64,000 nucleotides of DNA from an uncultured Pseudomonadales bacterium (GTDB lineage Bacteria; Patescibacteriota; Microgenomatia; UBA1400; PJMF01): the NCBI GenBank assembly GCA_964406075.1, contig CAYOQI010000001.1:69015-133014 (forward strand). Direction: 5' to 3'. The position numbers were made by a program, and so were the translations under genes. How positions within the stretch are numbered: position 1 is the first letter of the stretch; every line of letters begins with the position of its first letter. Under the pieces are notes generated by a model that did no database searches, was not told the DNA's origin, and saw only the letters and a program-made list of their open reading frames with translations. This document shows, one piece after another, positions 18,831 through 26,845 of the stretch.

Positions 18831-19399
18831 GTGCGTTGTCCTAATATTTGAAGGGTTTGTTTCATCGCTTTTTCTAATGAAAGTGCTTCAGCATCGATAT
18901 CTTTCATCGCTCGAAGAATATGCTCTTCTGCAAACCCGAGTCCCATTAATGCTTGAACAACTTCTTGTTTAGCAGGCGACGGAGTTTGTAAATCAAGTTC
19001 TTGAAAACTACCAAGCTTCGATTTCAAATCAATAATGATTTTTTGTGCCAACTTTTTTCCTACTCTTGGAACTTGAGTTAAGATCGTAATATCAGCATTT
19101 TGAATCGCATGAATCAGCTGAGATGTTCCAATTCCTGTTAGACCAAGTGCCGAGCGTGGTCCAACTCCTGACACAGCTAGAAGTGCTTCGAACAAGCTTT
19201 TTTCTTCCGGCGTAAAAAAACCATACAGTTCTAAGGCATCTTCTTTGACATGGGTATAAATAAAAAGTTCAACTTTGTTTTTTAAAGCTAATCCTTCTAA
19301 TGTAGTTGGGCTGACTTCGACCTGATAGCCAACACCATTGACCATTATCAAACATGCTTTTCCTATTACTCGAGGTGTTCCTTCAAGATAACCAATCAT
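18827..19399 (-). CDS. ruvA: Holliday junction DNA-binding protein RuvA
   Basis: It starts MIGYLEGT and has HhH motifs SGVGPRSALGL and VPRVGKKLAQKII. It overlaps ruvB by 4 nt. Confidence 0.9.
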   Translation of the reverse strand: MIGYLEGTPRVIGKACLIMVNGVGYQVEVSPTTLEGLALKNKVELFIYTHVKEDALELYGFFTPEEKSLFEALLAVSGVGPRSALGLTGIGTSQLIHAIQNADITILTQVPRVGKKLAQKIIIDLKSKLGSFQELDLQTPSPAKQEVVQALMGLGFAEEHILRAMKDIDAEALSLEKAMKQTLQILGQRT

Positions 19400-19479
19400 A
19401 GCTGTGAATTAAATAGCTTCTATTTAACAACCTTACCATAACCAGAAGATTTAGCGAAGAGGTTGAGGGATAAATTGTT

Positions 19480-19965
19480 TTATATTAATTTTGATTGGGA
19501 GCGAATGGAATGCGTGAGCAAGATGGCTAAGGCATCAATCGTGTCGTCAATAATTTTTTCTTTAGGATTTAAATTTAATTGAAGACGAACCATTTTATCG
19601 ACAGCAACTTTATCAGCCCTTCCATGGCCAGCGGCAGCTTGCTTAATTTGAATTGGAGTATATTCGCTAATCTCAATATTTCTTTTTAGCAAGCAACCAG
19701 TAATAATTCCTCGAACTTCAGCCACTTTCATGGCGGTCTTTTGATTCGAGAAAAAAAATAAGGATTCTGTGGCAGCCTGTGTTGGTTCGTGCTCGATGAG
19801 GAGTTTTTCAACTTCATCAATAATGATTCGATATCGATGAAAAAGTGTATCTTCTTTTGAAGTCGTAATACAGCCAAAACTTTTGACTTTTAATTTGAGG
19901 TTTTGAGTTTCACCTACTGCCCATCCCAAACGATCATAGCCTGGATCAAACGCGATTATTTTCAT
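19480..19965 (-). CDS. ruvC: Crossover junction endodeoxyribonuclease RuvC
   Basis: It has IIAFDPGYDRLGWAV (catalytic Asp) and the C-terminal DDTIDALAILLTH. Confidence 0.9.
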   Translation of the reverse strand: MKIIAFDPGYDRLGWAVGETQNLKLKVKSFGCITTSKEDTLFHRYRIIIDEVEKLLIEHEPTQAATESLFFFSNQKTAMKVAEVRGIITGCLLKRNIEISEYTPIQIKQAAAGHGRADKVAVDKMVRLQLNLNPKEKIIDDTIDALAILLTHSIRSQSKLI

Positions 19966-21121
19966 GTTTTATATTCATTAATGCTGTTAAAATTTTCCCT
20001 GCTGATTTTTCCCAACTAAACTTTTTGAGTTGTTCTTTCGCAAGTTTATTCCAGTTTGTTGAATCTTTTTGATACATCTTAATTGCTTTTTTTAAGCCTT
20101 CAGTAATGCTTGGAACCGAATGTGGGTCTACTAGAATTCCAGTCTTTCCTACGACTTCAGGCAAACTGCTGTTATTACTGACCACAGATCTTTTTCCATA
20201 TGCGAGTGCTTCAAGTGGAGGCATTCCAAAACCTTCATATAATCCGACTAAAACTGTCGCAAGTGTTTTTTGATACAGGACGGCTTTTTCTTCATCATTT
20301 ACATAACCGAGCAAATGAATATTTGAAGCATATCGACTATTTTTTGCTTTTCGAACGATATCATCAGCAAGCCAGCCAATTTTTCCTGCAATTACTAGGT
20401 CAATCTCAAACTCGCCATTTTGTTTTTCCGAAAATTCATCGGCCAATCCTTCAAAGGCTTTTATTAATCGAGTGAGATTCTTTCGTGGTTGCAGTGTTCC
20501 CACATAGAGCAAAAATGGTTTTTTTAATCCAAACTTTTTTAAGACTTTTTTTTGATCAGGGACTGAGGTACTTCGATTCGGTAAAAGCGCCGGATAGGCA
20601 ACGGTGATTTTGTTTTCAGGGATTCTGTAGGTATTAACAACATCTTTTTTAGTTGATTCACTGATGGCAATAATATGTTTGGCTTTACGAATTGAATAGG
20701 CGGTCCAATTTTTCAATTGATACAAATCTCGAAGTTTAAACTGAGTCGGGAATTTTAAATAAGCCAAATCCATCACGCTTGATACATACGGAATCGGACA
20801 GGCACGAGGTGCATAGTGTCCAGGTGTAAAAAAGACATCGAGTTTTTTTCGGTCTTTCCACAAACGAATTGGTAATCCCCATTGAGTAGCAAAAGCGGAC
20901 GGTCGCACCAGGATATACTTCCAGCCTTTTCGTTTCGGGGGCATGTCTTTGACAGGTTCGGACGAAAGGTAGATCTGCCATTCAACATCAGAGTTATTTC
21001 GAGTTTGTTTTTCTAACTCATGTAAAATTTCAAACGCATACACATTACTCCCAACACGATTGGAAGTGTTTGCTTCATTTCCATCTACTCCGATGCGGTG
21101 AATTTGAGAATCGATTGGCAT
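19946..21121 (-). CDS. Glycosyltransferase family 4 (GT-B)
   Basis: Motifs FLLYVGTLQPRKN and EGFGMPPLEALAYG are present. Its 3' end overlaps the ruvC start by 20 nt. Confidence 0.8.
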   Translation of the reverse strand: MPIDSQIHRIGVDGNEANTSNRVGSNVYAFEILHELEKQTRNNSDVEWQIYLSSEPVKDMPPKRKGWKYILVRPSAFATQWGLPIRLWKDRKKLDVFFTPGHYAPRACPIPYVSSVMDLAYLKFPTQFKLRDLYQLKNWTAYSIRKAKHIIAISESTKKDVVNTYRIPENKITVAYPALLPNRSTSVPDQKKVLKKFGLKKPFLLYVGTLQPRKNLTRLIKAFEGLADEFSEKQNGEFEIDLVIAGKIGWLADDIVRKAKNSRYASNIHLLGYVNDEEKAVLYQKTLATVLVGLYEGFGMPPLEALAYGKRSVVSNNSSLPEVVGKTGILVDPHSVPSITEGLKKAIKMYQKDSTNWNKLAKEQLKKFSWEKSAGKILTALMNIKHENNRV

Positions 21122-21122
21122 A

Positions 21123-22253
21123 CTATTTTTTACTTTGATGAGCTTGTTGATACACTTTGTAAGTCGCTCGAGCTGTATTCGTCCAGTTAAAGATTTGTAA
21201 TCGCTGCGTCATGAGTTGTTCACGTCTTTTTTTACCCGCTGAATTTTCATTTAAAATCGTTTCAATTCCTTTCGTCATGCTTTGAATGTCTTCGGGATCA
21301 ATAAGTTCGGCTGCATTTCCAGCTATTTCTTTCATTGCAGAGCGATCTGAAGTGACAACAGGAACTTTATAATAAAAAGCTTCAAGTATTGGTAGACCAA
21401 ATCCTTCATCTAGTGAAGGAAAGACAAAGGCTTTCGCTCCAGCGAAAAGTTTTGCCAATATTTGATCATCAACATATCCAAGAATTTTTGGAAGATACTT
21501 AAATTTTTTGGTCTCTGTTCCCCATCCTGCTGCCCCGACCAACACAAGATCCACTTCTTTGGCGAGACTTTGCCACGCTTCAATTAAGTTCTTTAAATTT
21601 TTTCGTGGCTCATGTGTCCCGACCCACAATAGGTACGGTCTTTCAAGTGAGTACTCTGCTTTGATTTGCTCAATATCTGTAGCTGACACAGTCACTTTTC
21701 TTTCCTCAGGCAGTGCTTCGTACACTAAATGCACTTTTTCGGGAGGAAATTCCAAAAGTTCGATTACATCCTTGCGAGTTGCTTGGCTGACCGCAATGAT
21801 ATGTGCATCGAGTGCTTTTAATCTTTTCCAAGCTTCTCGATGTCGATAGTGAGTTGCAGGATGAGCAATATCTGGATGTTTTAAAATGGCTAAATCATGG
21901 ATTGTAGCGACCACGGGAATTTTTGAGCTTGGCGGAACTAATTCTTCCCAAGCATGAAAGACGTCAATCTTCGGAAGAAAGTAATTAATATCTGGCCAAT
22001 TCAGTCGATACCACAGGACTGAAAGTGCTTTTGGTGGAATCGCATGGGCATTCAATGTCGATCCAAGACCAGCATTCTCTGCAAATGCTTTTAGTTCAGC
22101 TTTACGTCGTAATGAGTTTCCAAACAGTTGAAGATTGAGAGTATTAATTGAATTGAGTGAGCGGATGAGATTGGCAGTATATCGAGAAACACCTCTGCCG
22201 TATAAAACCGGAGAAATATCGATTCCGACTGAGAGATGGTGCTCAGAAGCCAT
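21123..22253 (-). CDS. Glycosyltransferase family 4 (GT-B)
   Basis: Motifs YLLWVGTHEPRKN and DEGFGLPILEAFYY are present. Confidence 0.8.
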   Translation of the reverse strand: MASEHHLSVGIDISPVLYGRGVSRYTANLIRSLNSINTLNLQLFGNSLRRKAELKAFAENAGLGSTLNAHAIPPKALSVLWYRLNWPDINYFLPKIDVFHAWEELVPPSSKIPVVATIHDLAILKHPDIAHPATHYRHREAWKRLKALDAHIIAVSQATRKDVIELLEFPPEKVHLVYEALPEERKVTVSATDIEQIKAEYSLERPYLLWVGTHEPRKNLKNLIEAWQSLAKEVDLVLVGAAGWGTETKKFKYLPKILGYVDDQILAKLFAGAKAFVFPSLDEGFGLPILEAFYYKVPVVTSDRSAMKEIAGNAAELIDPEDIQSMTKGIETILNENSAGKKRREQLMTQRLQIFNWTNTARATYKVYQQAHQSKK

Positions 22254-22286
22254 AATTGTCTTTAGTCTACCACGAGATGATTCGAA

Positions 22287-23876
22287 TTATTCGATAATTT
22301 GATATGCCACGTTTGCTTCTTTTCCTTTTTGGAAAACACGAATAAAACCGATATTTGGCCGTTCTAATAATCCAACATCTTGATATCCATATTCATTGAG
22401 CCACTGTTCTATACGTCGGTTTGGATCAGTCAGATCTCTTAAATAATCAAACACGATTACGTATTCATAATTCAAACTCGGTATCATTTTCTCTTCCATA
22501 TCTGAGATTGTGGAAATTGTTTTTGTGCCGGTGGCGATAATTGGAAACGCATTGTGCTGATACCAATTCCAAGGAGCAAACGCTTCATCAAAACCAAACA
22601 CGATTACACTTGAGCTGGGAGAAAACTGCTGATTTATCTCCGATATGACTCCTCTCCAATCCTCACGCTGTAGTTTTGGATCACTCCAGTATTGAAAGAG
22701 TGAAAAAAGGTTCAAAAAAAGAAAAATGCTGACGATGAGATACTTCCACTTTACAGAAATTTTGGCTTGATGAATAAAAAGACAGAGTAAAAGAATGAAC
22801 GATGGAAGCAGAAATAAGACGCGTTTTGGCTGAATCAGTGGAGTCCAGAACGAAATAATCCAAGCAAACAACAACGGTATTACAAATTGAACAAGAAGTA
22901 ACTGAACCTTTTTATTGGAAATGACAATTTTAAATTGTTGTATACGAATCAGTTGAATAAAAATGAAGGACAATATGAGCGTAAAACCAATATAAAAAAT
23001 ATTGACTTCTAGATCAGATACTCCAAATAGAAACTTTGCCATCACCATTGGAATCGATTTTGTTTGATCAAAACTCACCACATCTTCCCACCCTTGCGTG
23101 TTGGCACGTAACGCCTGACTAACTTGCAATTGCTCGAAGAGCTTAGGAAGCCACGGAGCAAAACCAGTCATAACGAAAAACCAAGAAACGACAAATTGTT
23201 TAAAAAATGATCGATAGAAGAAAATAACAGCAATAACTTGGGCGAGAAAAAGAAACGGATACAAATACATCGAGTAAAAACCACCAAGCGAAGCCAACGT
23301 ATACATTAGGTAATCGATTCCACTCTTTCTGTCATTCTGAGGTACTCCGAAGAATCTGGATAAAGTAGACCTAAAAGGTAGTAATTGTTGCCAGATTCCT
23401 CGCTGAAGCTCGGAATGACGTGCTACTTTCCTACTCTCACCAACTATTCGTAACAAAAAATACCAACTCATCACTCCAAACATACAGGCCAAACTATATG
23501 ATCTGAGTTCTTGAGAAAAATAAATATGTAAGGAGTTCGTCGCCATCAATGCTCCGGCCACGATCGACATTTTTTCAGATAAAAATTTCTTTCCCATCAG
23601 ATAGGTAAAAGCGACAGAAACGACTCCAGCAGTCACCGAAGTCATACGTAACCACCACTCCATGGGTGAAACTTTCAGCATGAAATGAGTCAAAACGTGC
23701 AAAAGAGGAGGTTGAAAGTCATAGGGAATATTCAGTTGTTCAGACCAAGGCCGAGCACTTTGAAGGGCCTGGGCGGCTTCATCCAGCCAAAAAGACTGAG
23801 TTAGAAGTGGAAGCCGAAGAACAAATGCAAGTGAAATTAAAAAAAGTAGAGGAAGATATTGTGTCAGGGTTTTCAT
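22287..23876 (-). CDS. GT-C membrane glycosyltransferase, family 39/PMT_2-like
   Basis: This 529-aa polytopic protein has the first-loop motif SFWLDEAAQALQS (a DE motif). Confidence 0.65.
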   Translation of the reverse strand: MKTLTQYLPLLFLISLAFVLRLPLLTQSFWLDEAAQALQSARPWSEQLNIPYDFQPPLLHVLTHFMLKVSPMEWWLRMTSVTAGVVSVAFTYLMGKKFLSEKMSIVAGALMATNSLHIYFSQELRSYSLACMFGVMSWYFLLRIVGESRKVARHSELQRGIWQQLLPFRSTLSRFFGVPQNDRKSGIDYLMYTLASLGGFYSMYLYPFLFLAQVIAVIFFYRSFFKQFVVSWFFVMTGFAPWLPKLFEQLQVSQALRANTQGWEDVVSFDQTKSIPMVMAKFLFGVSDLEVNIFYIGFTLILSFIFIQLIRIQQFKIVISNKKVQLLLVQFVIPLLFAWIISFWTPLIQPKRVLFLLPSFILLLCLFIHQAKISVKWKYLIVSIFLFLNLFSLFQYWSDPKLQREDWRGVISEINQQFSPSSSVIVFGFDEAFAPWNWYQHNAFPIIATGTKTISTISDMEEKMIPSLNYEYVIVFDYLRDLTDPNRRIEQWLNEYGYQDVGLLERPNIGFIRVFQKGKEANVAYQIIE

Positions 23877-23884
23877 TTAAGATT

Positions 23885-23890
23885 ATTGTA
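23885..23890 (-). promoter_or_regulatory. -10-like TACAAT (TG immediately upstream), 8 nt before the ATG at 23876
   Basis: The reverse complement of 23877-23892 reads TGTACAATAATCTTAA followed by ATG. No SD is present. Confidence 0.3.
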
Positions 23891-23976
23891 CAGGTTTGAA
23901 TAGAAAGTTTTTTAAGAAAGTTTAAAAATATAACTTTACATCGGAATCACGGGCTTTCTTTTTTTCTTTGTTTAAA

Positions 23977-23982
23977 TATAAT
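23977..23982 (+). promoter_or_regulatory. Consensus -10 TATAAT for candidate RNA A
   Basis: TATAAT lies 5 nt upstream of the first stem of element A. Confidence 0.35.
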
Positions 23983-23987
23983 AATTG

Positions 23988-24109
23988 TTGACCTCCTCTA
24001 AGAAATAACTCTGCAGCTAGGAGGTCAAGGTCTCAGTCACGTCGTGGCTGGGAAAGTTATCTCATTTCTACAACCCCTTCCTGATCTTTTAGGAGGGGGT
24101 CTTTTTTTT
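23988..24109 (+). ncRNA. Candidate small structured RNA A (~120 nt, three hairpins ending in an intrinsic terminator), family not recognised
   Basis: A perfect 10-bp stem pairs TTGACCTCCT (23988-23997) with AGGAGGTCAA (24019-24028). A second hairpin spans 24034-24050. The terminator is CCCCTTCCT-GATCTTTT-AGGAGGGGG (24074-24099) followed by a T8 run. The element is GC-rich within an AT-rich spacer. Confidence 0.35.
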
Positions 24110-24162
24110 CATCCTAGGCTTTTCCTTGTTGTACCAAATAGTATTTGTACTACACTACACGT

Positions 24163-24270
24163 TGAGTGAACCAAAAAAGCTGCTACGGCTTCCACGGTTC
24201 ACACAGGGCCCTTCCCAGGGCAAATCGAATCAAGGGGTCTTCTTTTCCTGGAGACCCCGTTTCTTTCTCC
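24163..24270 (+). ncRNA. Candidate structured RNA B (~105 nt): independent sRNA or attenuator-type leader of the 24308 operon
   Basis: A putative promoter reads TTGTAC (24129-24134)-N16-TACACT (24151-24156). Stem GTGAACC/GGTTCAC spans 24166-24202, and an inner hairpin spans 24208-24221. A terminator-like GGGGTCTTC-TTTTCCT-GGAGACCCC (24234-24258) is followed by a U-rich tail. Confidence 0.3.
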
Positions 24271-24307
24271 TTCCCATTTTTTTATTTGCACTGCACAATA
24301 CCTAGAC

Positions 24308-24961
24308 ATGCATCACTCTTTACTCCATCGAGCCATTTGGTATTACCCTGTTCACAAATTGATTCATCCATTGAGATCTTTCTCATTTCAAGGAGAAAAA
24401 CTCTCCTATTTTATTCATCGATATAATGCGACCTGGAAAAATGAGCGAGCAGTAGAAATCCCGATTGTCTGGAATGAAGTTGAAAAAGCGTATGAAAAAC
24501 AGCTAGCAGTTTTAGAAATTGGAAATGTTCTCAGTCATTACTTCAAAATTTCGCATCGAGTCATTGATAAGTATGAAGAAGCTGATCAGGTTGAAAATAT
24601 TGACGTCACAGAAATTCCAAAAACCAAAAAATATGACCTCATTATCGCTATTTCTACACTAGAACATGTAGGCTGGGATGAAAAACAAAAGGACTCGAAA
24701 AAAATTGAAAAAGCTATACATCATTTACTAAGCCTATTAAACACAAATGGCAAGCTGATCATTACAGGGGCTTTTGGACAAAATCCTCACTTTGACTCCT
24801 TATTTTTATCTGATCAACAGAAGTGTAAAAAAACATTTCTCAAACGAATAAGTTACTGGAATTCGTGGAAAGAAGTGAATCAGTCCGTAATAGAAGATGC
24901 TAAGTACGGCCATCCGTTTTGGAACGGAAATGGTCTAGTGATAGCTATCTTCAAAAAATGA
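24308..24961 (+). CDS. Class I SAM-dependent methyltransferase-like protein
   Basis: Motifs NERAVEIP, VLEIGNV and YDLIIAISTLEHVG resemble a methyltransferase fold without a canonical GxGxG. No SD is present. Confidence 0.5.
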   Translation: MHHSLLHRAIWYYPVHKLIHPLRSFSFQGEKLSYFIHRYNATWKNERAVEIPIVWNEVEKAYEKQLAVLEIGNVLSHYFKISHRVIDKYEEADQVENIDVTEIPKTKKYDLIIAISTLEHVGWDEKQKDSKKIEKAIHHLLSLLNTNGKLIITGAFGQNPHFDSLFLSDQQKCKKTFLKRISYWNSWKEVNQSVIEDAKYGHPFWNGNGLVIAIFKK

Positions 24962-25003
24962 TTCCATCTTGATGTTTTAAATAAATTGGTAAAAAATATA
25001 GCT

Positions 25004-25186
25004 ATGAAACAACTTGTCCGCCCTAAAAACCAAAAGAAAATTGCCGGCGTCTGCGCTGGAATTGCTCGATATTTAAATATTGATGTGACCTTAGTACGTG
25101 TCATTTTCCTTTTGCTTGCTTTACCAGGTGGAGCTCCAGGCATTATCCCGTACTTTATTTTCTGGCTAGTTATGCCTGAAGAATAA
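25004..25186 (+). CDS. PspC-domain small membrane protein
   Basis: The motif KKIAGVCAGIARYLNIDVTLVRVIF is followed by a TM segment. I prefer the ATG at 25004 over the TTG at 24986. Confidence 0.75.
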   Translation: MKQLVRPKNQKKIAGVCAGIARYLNIDVTLVRVIFLLLALPGGAPGIIPYFIFWLVMPEE

Positions 25187-25190
25187 GTTT

Positions 25191-26843
25191 TTACTCAGGC
25201 TTAATTGAAACTCTCCACAGATTGCATGCATTGTGACATCCCGTTCTTACTAATTCTAAGTTGAAGGTTTGTTGAATATTGGCAAAATCATTTTGTCTTG
25301 GTATTTCATTCCCTAAACCATAATTGGTCACATACACTTCATTCCCTTGTTCAATAAAACTTTTATACAGTTCGATTAAATTGCTGTAATCGTACTCTCC
25401 CCAAAGTTCCGTACGGTTGTTAATAAAGTCATGATTGTATGACAATGGAAGCAACTGAACTTCTCCAAAAGAATAAAAATCGTATAAATGCGGAGGTATG
25501 GCAGTAATTAGGATCGGTCTTTGAGTTCCTGAAGAAATTTCCGCAAGGTAGGTATCATTTTCCTTGATTGCGATGTACCACCAAGGAGTTTCAGCATGCT
25601 TCAAATTCAGTGAGATTTGATATTTAATCGGGCTAAGCCTCTGAGCAAAAGTAATTCCTATAAATAAAAGAAAGACAGTAAAAATGATCAGTTTTATCTG
25701 GCTTGGAATAGCTGAGTTTATCAACGATTGAATACTGACACCACCTAAAAGTATGAATAATGGAATGATGTAGAGAACATATCTAAAATTTGGAGCGTAA
25801 AAAAAACTTAAGGGAATGACAGGAATAAAGATCAAGGAGAATAAAGATAGCGTTAACAGGCGACTTTTTTTATTATTCAAGGAAAATACGGATAAAAATA
25901 CGGATAAAAATACGGTAGCGATCAGTAAAAATCTTGGTAATAGTGGATCTGTTTTCCAAAGGACCGGGACACTTTCACCCAGAATTCCTCGAACATAAAA
26001 ACTCAAATTTTTTGTAAAAAATTCTGGTGACAACCACCAACCGCTATCAGCAACCACAGCGTTTTCTTGTCCTGAACCAGGAATGATCCAACTTTGAACT
26101 ATTGGAATGAGTGCTCTAAATATCTGAAAATTATCAGCAAGTAGAAATGTTACAGCTGAAATAGCAATGAACATTCCAATTATAGTGAGCTGCTTCTTTT
26201 TTTCTTTTTCTTGTGTAAATATTTTCCATATAAACAGCAGAGCCAAAGTGGCTGTAATTCCTAAAGCAGCATACTTTGTGGCATAAACACCTGTCGTTAT
26301 TAAGGCTGCAAGCACAATTTGTTTTCGAGATAGTTTTTTCTGAATAAGCAAATACACTGCTGATAAAACTAACGGGATCAATAAGTTTTCAGCCATGGCT
26401 AACATCGGATACCAGTAAACTTGAAATGTGGTCACATAGACACCCAAAGCAATAAACTGTATCCATCGTGAAATCTGCAGCTGACGAAAAATTATGACAA
26501 GCAAGAAAAATGAAAAAAGCGAAAGCGAAATATTTAAAAAGTAAAAAACTCGGGGGTCATTTTCAATCAAGATAAATGGCAGTAAGAAAATGCTGTAGAA
26601 CCCAGGAACCGACTGGGAAATACTTCTACCTTCTCGACAGATTGTCCAACCTTGTCCTTCTAATAAACAATGTATCGGAACGACGTAGTGGAATGTATCC
26701 GGAAATGGTTCAAAATTGGCAATTAAGTTTCTTTCTGAAAATGGGTTTCTTGCCAGTAATAAAAGAAACAAAAATAAAGGAAGAAGAAAATATAAATTGT
26801 GTGTGAAAAAATTTCGAAAGAAATAAACTTGTTTTTTAAACAT
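25191..26843 (-). CDS. Large polytopic membrane protein, GT-C-like (family unassigned)
   Basis: The 550-aa protein has more than 10 hydrophobic segments. The first loop reads FEPFPDTFHYVVPIHCLLEGQGW, and a soluble C-terminal domain of ~150 aa is present. Confidence 0.5.
   Translation of the reverse strand: MFKKQVYFFRNFFTHNLYFLLPLFLFLLLLARNPFSERNLIANFEPFPDTFHYVVPIHCLLEGQGWTICREGRSISQSVPGFYSIFLLPFILIENDPRVFYFLNISLSLFSFFLLVIIFRQLQISRWIQFIALGVYVTTFQVYWYPMLAMAENLLIPLVLSAVYLLIQKKLSRKQIVLAALITTGVYATKYAALGITATLALLFIWKIFTQEKEKKKQLTIIGMFIAISAVTFLLADNFQIFRALIPIVQSWIIPGSGQENAVVADSGWWLSPEFFTKNLSFYVRGILGESVPVLWKTDPLLPRFLLIATVFLSVFLSVFSLNNKKSRLLTLSLFSLIFIPVIPLSFFYAPNFRYVLYIIPLFILLGGVSIQSLINSAIPSQIKLIIFTVFLLFIGITFAQRLSPIKYQISLNLKHAETPWWYIAIKENDTYLAEISSGTQRPILITAIPPHLYDFYSFGEVQLLPLSYNHDFINNRTELWGEYDYSNLIELYKSFIEQGNEVYVTNYGLGNEIPRQNDFANIQQTFNLELVRTGCHNACNLWRVSIKPE
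25885..25915. repeat. 12-bp tandem repeat, ~2.6 copies (AATACGGATAAA)
   Basis: The direct repeat is read from the sequence. It encodes FLSVFLSVF inside 25191..26843 and is in frame. Confidence 0.7.
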
Positions 26844-26845
26844 AT

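Noticed and set aside
23988-24028. ACCTCCT in element A resembles the 16S rRNA 3' anti-SD tail, raising the question of an rRNA fragment.
   Set aside because: No flanking 16S sequence is present (for example GGATCACCTCCTT, or the helix 45 context). It is simply one strand of a local hairpin.
24166-24426. An 86-aa GTG-initiated ORF covering structured element B and overlapping the 24308 gene out of frame.
   Set aside because: It starts inside a stem, crosses a terminator hairpin and has an implausible composition. The region is better explained as RNA structure plus the 24308 CDS.
25885-25915. A 12-bp tandem repeat (~2.6 copies), considered as a mini CRISPR/VNTR-type element.
   Set aside because: It is too short, has no spacers, and is in frame within a TM segment (FLSVFLSVF). 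It is a simple in-frame duplication of low interest.
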